A stretch of DNA of 64,000 bases from a virus. Under the pieces are notes generated by a model that had not been told where the DNA came from, made no database searches, and was given only the letters and a program-made list of their open reading frames with translations. The stretch spans positions 34,843 through 98,842 of IMG/VR virus record IMGVR_UViG_3300025096_003363; one strand, written 5' to 3'. This document shows, piece by piece, positions 47,315 to 58,259 of the stretch (within the stretch, counting starts at the first letter, position 1; each line of letters starts with the position of its first letter). A program made the translations under genes and the position numbers.

Positions 47315-49683
47315 TTCTTGTAATCTATAAAATTGATATCGCTAATGTTTGCTGTCTTAGGTATTGAATTAGGTATATTAGATAAAATAATATTTCTAAC
47401 CTCATCTCGGATACTTTCATTAGTTATATTTAAATTCTTAACGTTAATATCAACAACATTACTCTTATGCTTTAGATTTGTGTTAATAGAGTTAACTAAC
47501 GTTATAGTATCTGTTAAGTTTCTCATACCACATGGTAATGATATTGTAATGTCTTGCACATTATTTAAATTAGAACTAAACAAAAATGCTAATTGTTCAT
47601 TTTCACTTAAAGGCTCTAGAGCTAAATATAAATTATCAATAGCAACCGTATCCTCTTGATCAAGAGCCGCATTTCGTAGTACTTCTATTTTTTGCTGCAC
47701 ATTGTCAGCGTCGATGTAATATACAAATATATCACCGAAAAGAAGTCTTTTAGTGTACATCTGATATGCGTTAATTTCAAATTCATAGAATTTAATTGAA
47801 TTTAAATATACCTTACCAATTCCTTGGACAGCATCAAAAGATAAAAATACATTATTCTTTTCAAATAAATCGATTTCAAAATTGTACTCAAATGTTGTTT
47901 TAGCTATTCTTGCTGATAAGCTGAGACCCTCTGTGCTGCTATCAAAAAATCTATATATAAATTTACATTTTTTTCCATTTTTTTCAAATCTAATGCCGCC
48001 ATGAACAGCGTTATATTCTGACTCTATATGAAAATCATCAGTATCATTTTGTATAGTAAATCCTAATCCAAACCCACCATTTTTATTAATGGTTGAAAAG
48101 TAATTATTTATTTTCCTATTTATTGATGACGTATCACAAAAGTTTGTAGGTGATTTTGCCACAAAATCATCTTTTGATATTCTAACATACTTATACCTCT
48201 TTGAAGGTTCAAAAACTAAGTCACTCTTTTTATCAAAATAAAACTTTTTAGTTACAGAAGTCTTTAAACTCGAGTTAGTCATTATTAAATTCTCCACCGT
48301 ACCATCATAGGTAACATTAAACGCTGGAACCCCGTTAAGAGCATTTTCCTTTGTAGTAACATCCGGGTAAAAATATCTATCAACCCATGTTCCACGCTCA
48401 CCTATGCCACCGGACAACCAAGTACAGAGATAAGTTACATTTTCACTCTTAACAGTGTTATCATCTAAGTTATATACCCTGTCCGCTAAATCCGGTGTTT
48501 TAAATGCAAATGACCCGCAATCTGCAAACTTAGTATCGTTAATGTTTATTTTATCAAAAGGTTGAAGTGATGAAGGTGTCGTAAAGTATGTAGTACCTGG
48601 TGTTATAACCAAATCGTAGTTATTGTATACATAGTTTAATGCTAGCGTTTCATTCTCTTCACTATCCACATCGGTAAAGATACTTGTATATGTTCTTAAA
48701 TCTTGTGAAAAAATAGTTGTTTCAGATGTGGATAATAAATTATTTGAAGAGGTAAACGAATCTTGTGTATTAACTATATTCTTTAGATTGAGAAAATTAA
48801 ACACTAGTGAATCACTATTACTTGAGCTGTAAAGCAGGTAATTTGATGGGAGGTTAAAATCACTATTACTATCTTTTACTTTACCGGTATCATCATATGT
48901 AATATATGAAGCATTATATGGTGATGGTACAGATAAATTTAACTCTTGATCAATTTTTATATTATATGAATTAATAAAAAATGCGTTGTATCTATTAGCT
49001 GGATCGAGATATGTTGCTACTACTTCTACACCGTTACTATTAATAGCATACTGATTTTTTGTAGCATCGACCTGTTTTGTGGAATACAGGTTGATGTAAC
49101 TGGTATTCAGGTACTTTGATAAATTATAATTTAAATTAAACCCGGATAGGGGTAATTGACTCTCAGCAACAAATAGTACGTTACGTGTCTCTGTAAACTC
49201 AGTACCGTCCTCTACTACAAGGTAATATTTAAAGTTATTTTTGCGAGTAGCTACCCTACATGTAAAACTATCTATCAGTTCAATCTCGAAAACATCACCA
49301 CTTATTGGACTAATGTCAGCTGTTCCATAATTTACAGCTTCATAAATTTTATTTTCAAGTTTAAAGGTACTTAAAGAAGCAGCTTTAAATTTACAAAATG
49401 CAGTGCCACTAAACCCAAAATTTAATGAAGTTGAATATTTACCTGGTTTTATGTTTGGTGAATTGTATGTAGTTACATCATCTAGAAGAAAACTATCCGT
49501 AAGATAAAAATTAGTATAGTTTAGATTTTTAAAACTTTGTGAACCAGATAGTGCTTGAACAAAATTTATTTTAAACCCCCCGTTAAAAGTCCTAGGAAAT
49601 TGATCTAATTCAATATTCATCGGGCAAAAGCTAGCCTCTGCTGAGCTAAGTGCACTTAGACTAGATTTTACTAAAGATCCCAT
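47311..49683 (-). CDS. Probable virion (baseplate/tail) protein
   Basis: Start reassigned to ATG 49683 (TAAATA 6 nt upstream); N/S/T-rich beta-type composition. Confidence 0.6.
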   Translation of the reverse strand: MGSLVKSSLSALSSAEASFCPMNIELDQFPRTFNGGFKINFVQALSGSQSFKNLNYTNFYLTDSFLLDDVTTYNSPNIKPGKYSTSLNFGFSGTAFCKFKAASLSTFKLENKIYEAVNYGTADISPISGDVFEIELIDSFTCRVATRKNNFKYYLVVEDGTEFTETRNVLFVAESQLPLSGFNLNYNLSKYLNTSYINLYSTKQVDATKNQYAINSNGVEVVATYLDPANRYNAFFINSYNIKIDQELNLSVPSPYNASYITYDDTGKVKDSNSDFNLPSNYLLYSSSNSDSLVFNFLNLKNIVNTQDSFTSSNNLLSTSETTIFSQDLRTYTSIFTDVDSEENETLALNYVYNNYDLVITPGTTYFTTPSSLQPFDKININDTKFADCGSFAFKTPDLADRVYNLDDNTVKSENVTYLCTWLSGGIGERGTWVDRYFYPDVTTKENALNGVPAFNVTYDGTVENLIMTNSSLKTSVTKKFYFDKKSDLVFEPSKRYKYVRISKDDFVAKSPTNFCDTSSINRKINNYFSTINKNGGFGLGFTIQNDTDDFHIESEYNAVHGGIRFEKNGKKCKFIYRFFDSSTEGLSLSARIAKTTFEYNFEIDLFEKNNVFLSFDAVQGIGKVYLNSIKFYEFEINAYQMYTKRLLFGDIFVYYIDADNVQQKIEVLRNAALDQEDTVAIDNLYLALEPLSENEQLAFLFSSNLNNVQDITISLPCGMRNLTDTITLVNSINTNLKHKSNVVDINVKNLNITNESIRDEVRNIILSNIPNSIPKTANISDINFIDYKK

Positions 49684-49720
49684 TAACAATATTTATGCTG
49701 TGTCTTCTTTATAAGATTTG

Positions 49721-50299
49721 TTATTGACCACCTCCGCTGTCCGAAGCTGCACCAGCCCCGCCACTTGCCGGGTCTTCTTTATATATTTTATTATCTAATT
49801 GTACGAGGAAGTCATCTTTTTTAGTAAGTAAGGTAAATCGCGAAGTATTATATTTATCATTCAAAAGATCCACACCAACTAACTCCATATCCTCTACAGC
49901 TTGGTAATATCCTTCAGTTCGTATGTTCATCGGAGCGCTTAATGTTGTCGTTTCACCGGTAACATACCCAATGTTTATTTTTAACACAACATATTTTTTT
50001 AATGCATAACTAGAAGGTTCATATATATGATGGTAATTATCAGTTAGATATTTTGGTGCCACGCCTTTATTAATTTCAGGGTAAATAGAATCTTTTGTGT
50101 AATCACGAAAAACCGAAACATCTGGTTCTAACACTGCAGTACCATCACCCCAGTCGATTGCTAGATAGTTAGGAAAGGTACCGGTATAGACATCTACCAA
50201 ATTTAATGCAAACTTTGTTACATCAAAGAGATCAATCGCTTCATAAACCTTTGATGCTCCGGTAGTGGTAGTGGATATAGAAAAAGTATGAGTGTTCAT
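49721..50299 (-). CDS. Probable virion protein with a PKD/Ig-like motif
   Basis: IDWGDG...HIY motif; in the structural operon. Confidence 0.55.
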   Translation of the reverse strand: MNTHTFSISTTTTGASKVYEAIDLFDVTKFALNLVDVYTGTFPNYLAIDWGDGTAVLEPDVSVFRDYTKDSIYPEINKGVAPKYLTDNYHHIYEPSSYALKKYVVLKINIGYVTGETTTLSAPMNIRTEGYYQAVEDMELVGVDLLNDKYNTSRFTLLTKKDDFLVQLDNKIYKEDPASGGAGAASDSGGGQ

Positions 50300-53274
50300 A
50301 GTATTAAAGCCGCAGCAGATAGAGGTGATGGTGATACATACGTCGCCGTTAATGATGGTATGGCTGAAGATAAAACAAAGTTCAAATTATTCAGATTGCG
50401 TGTGTTAGAGGCAGATTCCGCAAAAGTAAATGTAAACCTACTGTTGTTACAGACATAAACTTCAGAATTTAAAAATTTAATATCATCTACGTATTCAAAT
50501 AGATAATTAAACAGCACCGGCCCTTTGTTTTGATCTTTTAGTATAACCCCCAAGTTAAATTGCTCGTTATCGCTACTATACGTTAACAAGGGCTTGCTAC
50601 ACTCTATATAAGCAGCATCGCCCCCTGTTAGATTTAAAAATGCAGCAGAAGACACTGCTGGGTTACCTGTTGTAGGAAATATTTGTACACTCTTATCATC
50701 GATGTAACTATACTTGTAAATTTCTGGGTAAAATCTATCTCCCTTATATCCTAGCTGGTCTCTCGCCATCCTACAGTAAAACACATCATCCTCTACCTTT
50801 AACCTATTACTTACTTTATCAAAAAAGTTTGTATTTATAGTGAGAGAATTAGTAAACGTTCCTGGGCTAACAAACCTTTCGTCTTTATATGAAGTTCGCT
50901 CAACAACTAAATAACCACTGGTTTCAATAAACAACGTGCTATAAAAAATATCAAAATTAGTTACCGCGGAAGAAAGTTCGTTACAAACTGCGGTGTTGTA
51001 TTTTGTAGAGAGATATGATAACCACTCTGTAAGCTCTTTTACAGCAGGGGTATTCCACGCTGTATTTGTATTCTTTAAATAAATTTTGCCTAGGTGGTCT
51101 TGCTTATTAAAGAAGCTTTCTTTTGCTGATGTTACATTAGATATTGTAGTTTTAGAATCTACATTTGCGTTATACTCAAAACTCTCTTCATTAGGCGTGT
51201 AGTTAAATACTATATTATCTGTGAACCGCATTCCGTCATAGTTTTTAACATCATTTCCGGAATTACCAGAGCCACCAGATAATCGTACATCATAAGTAAA
51301 ATTACCTGTTAAATCATCTGTCCATGTATCTGTAGGATCACATAATGCTGTGAATAAAGTTTTGCCGGAGTCGGCATCAACATTAAAGAGACCTATTCCG
51401 GCTTCTACTAAATCTGAAAAATAAAACTGGTCACTACTAGTTGCGTAGGCACTTAACTGAGAAATGTTTAAGTCTCCAACTCGAGTGGCACTTACAGGGT
51501 CTGTAAGAAACTCCGAATCAGAAAATTTAAAATACGCCCCTTCTTTAATATCTGCATCTAGAGTCATAGACTCAGGCCGCCCATAATCTACTTCTAGGTA
51601 GTTTGAAGGTTTTTGTAAAGTTTGATAGGGGTTAAAATACCTAGCGAATATATTATATGCAGAGGTGGGAAAGCTTAACCAAGTGCTTGGAGTATCAGGT
51701 AGTAAACCGGACGGGCCTCTACCGGTAAAACCATTAGTAAATGTTGATAGGCCCGATCTTATAGTTTCGGAATACGTTGTCGTATCAGTTGTTTTATAAA
51801 CAAAATTATAGCCCTCGCCATACAGGTCATCAAAAAATTGATAACCGTTTAATAACAAGCTTTTTATTGTTTTCGGATTTTCTTGTACAATGTTACTTCT
51901 GTAATAATTGTAATCTTTTACTAAACCAAAGATATTTCCAAATAAATCCTTTTTACTATCATTTATATATCCTTGATCAAAAAGATAAGATAAGTCGGTG
52001 TTTAAATTCCTATCTTGTCCAATTTCAGAATTATAACCTATAAAAGCAGTACTATCTCTATCAGTATTAGGTTGATTAACTGCAATTCCTTTACTAGCAT
52101 TATTAATTGATCTAGAGGTATCAATAATAAAAGTTAATACGTTTTCTGTATTTGTAAATAAATTTGGATCCGGAAATATATATAATTGGTTAGGCGGGTA
52201 GGTCTTTTTAGTAAAGAATTTTAACCGCCGGCCTTCAATAGTTACGATTGAAGAATTTTGTGGTCTAAAGAACCCTAAATCTCTCTCACTTACAACTTCA
52301 CCAGAAAACACTGAAGCTGTAGAAGGGAAGTCTTGATTTAAAAAATTAGCATATGGTTTTTCTGCTTTAAATAAAATAGGAGGTAAATTATTTTCATCCA
52401 ATTCTGGCTTTCCATTTTCATCTGTGGCTAGATAATAAAAATCAGCCCCCATAAATTTTTCTGTTAGCTTCCGCTTATTATTAAACAGAGAATCGTCTGT
52501 AACATTAAAATCTAAAGTCTTACGACCTTCTTTAAGTGTAATTAAATCCTCACCAACATTAGCAAAAACCTGAGTAATTAATGACTCATCATCAGTTAAA
52601 AATATATTATCTTTTGGTAACCCAGCCGGATCATAGCTTTTAAAGGTTTTACCGTAGTCGCCTGCTTTTGGAGACCTGTTAAAGTACTGTGAAAAATTAT
52701 CAAAATACTCTGTTAGTGAGATTGATAAATCTCTTTTAATCTTTCCTATATCATAGTCTTTTGCAGCTGTGCTACGATTTTCGAGAAAGTTAATAACAAG
52801 ATCTATAGCAGCGCGCTCTGCACCTAATGAACTACCCTTTACTTTAGCTTTTGTAGTAGCATAATGAAGAGTTTGGCGCTTTTTCTTATAGTATGAAATA
52901 ATGTCTCTTATTTTACTACTATAAAAGGACATTGCGATCTCCATATCATATGGATCGGTAAAATCTAACTGTGTAAGAAACGTTCTTTCTGCATTAGTAG
53001 AAAAATTTAAAGTAATGTCTTTTAAAAAATCACGATACCGTTCGATAATTATATCCTTATTATCCTTAGCTTGATTATTCGTCTGAATATTCCACCTATT
53101 AAGATAGGTGTTATAAAAGTCTGTTAAAGTTTCTGGTTGGTAAGATTCACTTACCGTTTCAATAAACTGAACAAACGAAAATGGTGTAAATTTATCTAAC
53201 GCATCATCATGTTTTACATTAGGATTAGTTATAGATAAATCTACTTCAGGAAAGCCTGTAACAATAGTATCCAT
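50296..53274 (-). CDS. Large probable baseplate/tail protein
   Basis: 992 aa ORF in the structural operon; TAAATA 6 nt upstream. Confidence 0.6.
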   Translation of the reverse strand: MDTIVTGFPEVDLSITNPNVKHDDALDKFTPFSFVQFIETVSESYQPETLTDFYNTYLNRWNIQTNNQAKDNKDIIIERYRDFLKDITLNFSTNAERTFLTQLDFTDPYDMEIAMSFYSSKIRDIISYYKKKRQTLHYATTKAKVKGSSLGAERAAIDLVINFLENRSTAAKDYDIGKIKRDLSISLTEYFDNFSQYFNRSPKAGDYGKTFKSYDPAGLPKDNIFLTDDESLITQVFANVGEDLITLKEGRKTLDFNVTDDSLFNNKRKLTEKFMGADFYYLATDENGKPELDENNLPPILFKAEKPYANFLNQDFPSTASVFSGEVVSERDLGFFRPQNSSIVTIEGRRLKFFTKKTYPPNQLYIFPDPNLFTNTENVLTFIIDTSRSINNASKGIAVNQPNTDRDSTAFIGYNSEIGQDRNLNTDLSYLFDQGYINDSKKDLFGNIFGLVKDYNYYRSNIVQENPKTIKSLLLNGYQFFDDLYGEGYNFVYKTTDTTTYSETIRSGLSTFTNGFTGRGPSGLLPDTPSTWLSFPTSAYNIFARYFNPYQTLQKPSNYLEVDYGRPESMTLDADIKEGAYFKFSDSEFLTDPVSATRVGDLNISQLSAYATSSDQFYFSDLVEAGIGLFNVDADSGKTLFTALCDPTDTWTDDLTGNFTYDVRLSGGSGNSGNDVKNYDGMRFTDNIVFNYTPNEESFEYNANVDSKTTISNVTSAKESFFNKQDHLGKIYLKNTNTAWNTPAVKELTEWLSYLSTKYNTAVCNELSSAVTNFDIFYSTLFIETSGYLVVERTSYKDERFVSPGTFTNSLTINTNFFDKVSNRLKVEDDVFYCRMARDQLGYKGDRFYPEIYKYSYIDDKSVQIFPTTGNPAVSSAAFLNLTGGDAAYIECSKPLLTYSSDNEQFNLGVILKDQNKGPVLFNYLFEYVDDIKFLNSEVYVCNNSRFTFTFAESASNTRNLNNLNFVLSSAIPSLTATYVSPSPLSAAALIL

Positions 53275-53289
53275 TAAACATATTTATCT

Positions 53290-55539
53290 CTAGAACAGAG
53301 ATAGACTACTAAATAAGGAGTTTCGAATCATAACATCAAATACGTTATTAGCTCCTTCGAGGGCGCTAAGCGGGGTATTATAATCTAATGTTGTTAATCC
53401 ATTGGAATAGTCGATTAAACCACCCTCGATGGTGTTATCGTACGTTGCAGATAGACTATAAAATTTGTAAAACTTATCTACATCTGTAATACTAGCATAA
53501 GTTGCTGGTAATACTAAAGGCCACCCCCAATATGGGCCACCGCTAGTTGCAGGTGTCGCTGTAGTATTAAAATTACTAAGCATATAAGTCTGGAAATTAC
53601 CAGATTTAGAATATGAAGCTCCACTTAATGCAGATATTGGCTGATAAGTATTCAGTCTTGTATATGTGTCACTAAACTTTTCATACGCTACAATGTCTGT
53701 GCCGGCAGACACTTCGTAAGTTGATGTATCAAGTAATGCACTTAGATTTTTTCCATAAGTTGTTTTTGTTGTATGTCCTTTGGGGTTGTAGTTTTCATCA
53801 AATTTATTTTGTGTACCTCTAAATTTGTTATAATTCATACTGAGCACACTCATTAACCTATCCACTAATTCAGGTTGTTGAGCTAAAGATCGATCAAACA
53901 CGATCCCTTCGTCATCGGTTAGATCAGCTAAATTAATAAGAGAATTAATATCACAATAATCTATATCGCTAGTGTTTGATGTAAAGTTTTGAATTCTTTC
54001 CCAAATCTTCTTTCCTAAAACAGTATAACTACTACTAACGTTACCAAATATAGTTCCAATAAAATCAGTAAATAAGATATCCTTATCTAATAAAATTTCC
54101 TGGAACCGTAAATCCTTTATTGTTTGTTCAAAATCAAATTCTTCATTTTGCTTATATGCTTCGTAATAGTTTTTTGGATAACAAGTAAAAGCTGTATAGC
54201 CGGTTACTGTATTAGTTGTAGAGGTCGCAGTATTTTCATACGGACATTTTGCACTAAGTGTTAAGTACGCAGGCTCAGCAGAAAGTGAAGCAAGAGTATT
54301 ATCATTAAATGTTAAGAGACCTCTATACCAAAATGTTGTATCAAAAGAAGATAACGTAGCGCTTAAGCTTTGAATTGTATAATGTGATGCAGATACTTTA
54401 ACACCACTTACACCCGGAATTATTTGTGGTGTTTTACCTGATAACAACGAAAAGGTTGGTGTTAAGTGACTAGACAAGGACTTCATTGTATAGTAATCCT
54501 GATTCTTTGGTGAAAGAATAAATGGTATACCCAATCCTTTGTACTGAACTGGAGATACAGCAAAGGTAGCTACACTGTCACCTTCTCCTGGAATACCATT
54601 TGAGGTGATTGCTATACTACTAAGAGTTTGAGCAGAAGTTGCGCCAACTAAAGATGATAGTGTAATAGTAAAGTTGTTGTTGTAGTTATTATTTTTATAA
54701 CCAGTAGTGCTATTAGAGAATATATTATCTCTATCCTTAAAGAAAGATACGTTAATAGTGTTGTAAGGTGCTTTTTGTCCGTCAGTCTTAAAATATACTA
54801 CTTGATCTCCCGAGCTTCCTACATTAATACTTGATATATGCGTGCTTAATGAGTTTACTATTGCAAACGCACTCGGGCCTTTACCACTAGTGTAATTATT
54901 ACCACTTAACCGCACATATATGTTTGCAGAAGAAAGAGAAATCTTGTCTATATCCTCATACTCAAATCCAGATAGTGAAGGTATGTATTCTTTCTTATAA
55001 AATGAATTAAACTTTTTAAGATTATTAAACCTATTAGCATTTAAATTATAATAATTAGGTACATCACACCCAGACACCGAAAAATAAATATCTTGAAAAT
55101 CTTGATAGAAGGGCGACTGTGAATTAATTGTTATAGCATTAGAAAATTCACCTGCTGATAAATTTAATATATTTGTCTTTACAGGGCCAGCGGTAACTGT
55201 AAAGGTGTTAGTTATGTAATCAAATATTTCAACATCTGTGCTATACGACGCTAATATTGAATTATTATTACAATCACGTAACACCATTCTGACATTGTAT
55301 ACCCCGGGGTATTCGTAAACGTGGTTACTGGTTAATGTATTACCATAAGTACCGTCGCCAAAGTCGAAAGTAGCCTTTAAGGTATTATATTGGGTTGTTA
55401 CCGCCACACCGCCGAGAGAGCTAGGTATACGAGCCTTAAAAGTTAGCGGGGTAAAGGGTAGATTATAAGAAGATAACTTAGCTTCTCGCTTATAATCTTC
55501 TACGTCAAATGTCGCATAGTCTACTTTTATATTACTCAT
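53290..55539 (-). CDS. Baseplate wedge-associated protein with a PKD domain (gp7 position)
   Basis: FDFGDG...NHVYEYPGVYNV PKD motif; directly downstream of gp6. Confidence 0.6.
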   Translation of the reverse strand: MSNIKVDYATFDVEDYKREAKLSSYNLPFTPLTFKARIPSSLGGVAVTTQYNTLKATFDFGDGTYGNTLTSNHVYEYPGVYNVRMVLRDCNNNSILASYSTDVEIFDYITNTFTVTAGPVKTNILNLSAGEFSNAITINSQSPFYQDFQDIYFSVSGCDVPNYYNLNANRFNNLKKFNSFYKKEYIPSLSGFEYEDIDKISLSSANIYVRLSGNNYTSGKGPSAFAIVNSLSTHISSINVGSSGDQVVYFKTDGQKAPYNTINVSFFKDRDNIFSNSTTGYKNNNYNNNFTITLSSLVGATSAQTLSSIAITSNGIPGEGDSVATFAVSPVQYKGLGIPFILSPKNQDYYTMKSLSSHLTPTFSLLSGKTPQIIPGVSGVKVSASHYTIQSLSATLSSFDTTFWYRGLLTFNDNTLASLSAEPAYLTLSAKCPYENTATSTTNTVTGYTAFTCYPKNYYEAYKQNEEFDFEQTIKDLRFQEILLDKDILFTDFIGTIFGNVSSSYTVLGKKIWERIQNFTSNTSDIDYCDINSLINLADLTDDEGIVFDRSLAQQPELVDRLMSVLSMNYNKFRGTQNKFDENYNPKGHTTKTTYGKNLSALLDTSTYEVSAGTDIVAYEKFSDTYTRLNTYQPISALSGASYSKSGNFQTYMLSNFNTTATPATSGGPYWGWPLVLPATYASITDVDKFYKFYSLSATYDNTIEGGLIDYSNGLTTLDYNTPLSALEGANNVFDVMIRNSLFSSLSLF

Positions 55540-57379
55540 CTGTTATAACAATACGCTTAGCTACGGATAAGGGAGAGTATAGGTACGGAAATTTAAAAAA
55601 CGGTAACGTTTTATCTTGATTTACTAACTCTATATCACTTTCAGGGTATTGAGGGTTAAATGATAAAAATGATACACCACCTGTGAATATTTCCCCAGTT
55701 AGCTCATTTCTAGTTTCTATTCGCTTTATACCTTCCAGTGAAAGAATATCATTAGCTAAATCTATTAATTTTAAATTCTCACCTAGATTGTTATTTTCCG
55801 GAATGAAAAAGTTTTTAATTATACTGGCAATTCGCGACTTTAACGTGTTTTTATTAATTTTGTTGTTTGTTTCTCTAACAGCGTATAACTTACTTTGATC
55901 TAGTATATCTAATGTTAAGTTAGAAGCATTACCTATACCTAACCCAAACGCCATATAGATAGGATCTCTAGGTACAACAGTATTAGATAACATCTTACGG
56001 TCCTGCGTTTGCGTTACAATATAATTTTTAAATGAATTACTCAAAAACGGAGGATAGGACTTATCTTCTGTGATTTTAAATTTAGGTACAACAAATACAT
56101 TAATGTTATTAAAGTCACACGAATCTGCAAAATTCACTTGATTGATTATTACTCTATTTACCTTATTAGGGTCAACACATATATCATAAAAATATTGTAT
56201 ATATTCATTAATATAAGACGTGTTGCTAGCAACGCGCGTACTAGTGATCACGTTAGCTAAGTTTCTTTCTAGGAATGATTGATAGTCTTTTTCAGTAACC
56301 AGCCTCAATTGCGATGAAAACATTTTTGGAGCATTTTGTCTAATTTGGTCGACTGTTTCTTCTGTTGAAAGAGTAGAAGAATTGAGAGGGTTATTAAATG
56401 TAATCTTTGGACTGTTGGTAATATTTAGGAATGTTGTTTCGTCTTTATTCGGATATATGTCCTTAAATAATGCACGTTGCCTAGCCGAATCATAAACAAA
56501 TAATTTATTACCATTAATTATGTTTTTACTAATAATGCCGGCAGTATTATCTGACAATATATAATCGATTGATACAATATCACTCTGCTCTAGCTTTTTA
56601 CCAAATACACCATTTCCAAACTTTACTTCATAATGACCGTATTCATTTAATCTAATCTCACATACTCTATCAACCGCGCTTGATAGATACAAGCTTTCAA
56701 CAATCTGGTATTCATAGTATGTTGAATTACTAGCCTCTTTGACATACACGCTTACAGTACCATCAGCAATAAATTTATCATCATTACTATCAACAATGTT
56801 ATCTACAACAATTGGTAATATTTCAAATTCCTCGCCCTGGGCAGTATAATCTGGATACTCTTTAATGGTCCCTTGATACAAGATAGCTTCATCATTTACA
56901 GTTTGTAAAGTTTCTGTTTTGCCGGCAACATTTTTATTAAAGGATAAATCTTCATTAAAGTTATATTGAACACCGTCTGCTAAAAAATAAGAATATTTAC
57001 GAATAGTATAATTACCGGTAGGTAAAGATGCTGATGCAACTGCGTTTATTGGAACAATAGAAGTTTGCTTACCAGCCGGCTTATAACCGATTAACTTTAC
57101 AATTTTGTTCATGTTCTCATATAGAGTAGCTTGATCAAAATTTACTTCTGCAGCTGTATTGTTTAAATAGAACAAGAGAACATGATAAGAGTATGCAATT
57201 ATATCAATTACGGCGGCTAAATTACTACCTTCATAATTTTGATCGGTGAACTTTTGATTTTCATCTAATCGATTAATAATATAATCTTTTAAACTTACTG
57301 CATCAAACGCGACATATGCGTCTTGTGGCAGATTAAAATCTAAAAACTTATTCGATGTTTCGTTTGTGTTTGTTGGCAT
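55532..57379 (-). CDS. gp6: Baseplate wedge subunit gp6
   Basis: FTDQNYEGSNL..IDIIAY, LIGYKP, YEVKFGNGVFGKKL and ETVDQIR.NAP...Q.RLVT..DY. Confidence 0.9.
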   Translation of the reverse strand: MPTNTNETSNKFLDFNLPQDAYVAFDAVSLKDYIINRLDENQKFTDQNYEGSNLAAVIDIIAYSYHVLLFYLNNTAAEVNFDQATLYENMNKIVKLIGYKPAGKQTSIVPINAVASASLPTGNYTIRKYSYFLADGVQYNFNEDLSFNKNVAGKTETLQTVNDEAILYQGTIKEYPDYTAQGEEFEILPIVVDNIVDSNDDKFIADGTVSVYVKEASNSTYYEYQIVESLYLSSAVDRVCEIRLNEYGHYEVKFGNGVFGKKLEQSDIVSIDYILSDNTAGIISKNIINGNKLFVYDSARQRALFKDIYPNKDETTFLNITNSPKITFNNPLNSSTLSTEETVDQIRQNAPKMFSSQLRLVTEKDYQSFLERNLANVITSTRVASNTSYINEYIQYFYDICVDPNKVNRVIINQVNFADSCDFNNINVFVVPKFKITEDKSYPPFLSNSFKNYIVTQTQDRKMLSNTVVPRDPIYMAFGLGIGNASNLTLDILDQSKLYAVRETNNKINKNTLKSRIASIIKNFFIPENNNLGENLKLIDLANDILSLEGIKRIETRNELTGEIFTGGVSFLSFNPQYPESDIELVNQDKTLPFFKFPYLYSPLSVAKRIVITDE

Positions 57380-57383
57380 GATA

Positions 57384-57872
57384 TTATAATACGTAGTATC
57401 CGTTACTATTTAATAATGACTTAAGTGTTATCCCATATGCATTTAATGATGGTATGTTTATTTGTAAAGCTATGTAATATTCCTGCGCATCTGTAATAGC
57501 ATCTACGTTAACCTTTTCAAGCTGTATACGTGGCTCTTGTTCAGGTAATTTAGTATCAATATCATACCTAATTTTATACGCAGTCGAGCTGTTGACAGGG
57601 TCAAACAGATATCTTCTTAAATCAATACCAAATTCAGGGTTTAATATTTTCTGTCCCGGTGACGTTAAAAACGCATTTATAATGCTATTTTTAATAGCTT
57701 GTAAATCATATGACCCTTGAATATCTTTTAAAACTACGTCTTTGTTTAGTTGTTTGTTATAATATACCTCGGGTACTAGATCTAAAAATAAATCCTTATA
57801 CAGATAACCACCTTTAAGGGCCGCGTTATCTTTTTTATCTACCGAGACATCTGATATCTTTATAAGAGCCAT
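57384..57872 (-). CDS. gp25: Baseplate wedge subunit gp25
   Basis: AIKNSI.N...T.PG.K..NPEFG..L..YLF, EPRI.L. Confidence 0.9.
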   Translation of the reverse strand: MALIKISDVSVDKKDNAALKGGYLYKDLFLDLVPEVYYNKQLNKDVVLKDIQGSYDLQAIKNSIINAFLTSPGQKILNPEFGIDLRRYLFDPVNSSTAYKIRYDIDTKLPEQEPRIQLEKVNVDAITDAQEYYIALQINIPSLNAYGITLKSLLNSNGYYVL

Positions 57873-57933
57873 TTATAATATTTAATACCCGAGTGGTAAA
57901 TCGAGTTTAAGGAACTATAATATACTTATAGGT

Positions 57934-58212
57934 ATGCGTGTTAAAGGTAAAGCAGATGTTGATGTGGAGATATCCACTAACGAACTAGTAACAGCTCTCA
58001 AAAATGAAGTTTATGCAACATTGGAGCTCCCAAATCCAGTAGAAGGACGAGTATTCGTTAAAGATGATTCCGGAACGACTGGATGGGCGATCCAAAGAAC
58101 TGTACATACAACGCATTCTTTTGAACTCGAAGAGAATTTAGGACCTGCTGTAGAAGAGGATATTGAAGTGTTTACAGCATTTCATACAATAGCTGAGTTT
58201 CTTAAAGATTAA
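57934..58212 (+). CDS. Hypothetical protein
   Basis: ORF preceded by TATAAT/TATACT. Confidence 0.6.
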   Translation: MRVKGKADVDVEISTNELVTALKNEVYATLELPNPVEGRVFVKDDSGTTGWAIQRTVHTTHSFELEENLGPAVEEDIEVFTAFHTIAEFLKD

Positions 58213-58259
58213 GTTACGCGATACTGTGTGATTATTTGCAAGCTTGCATAAATAATATT

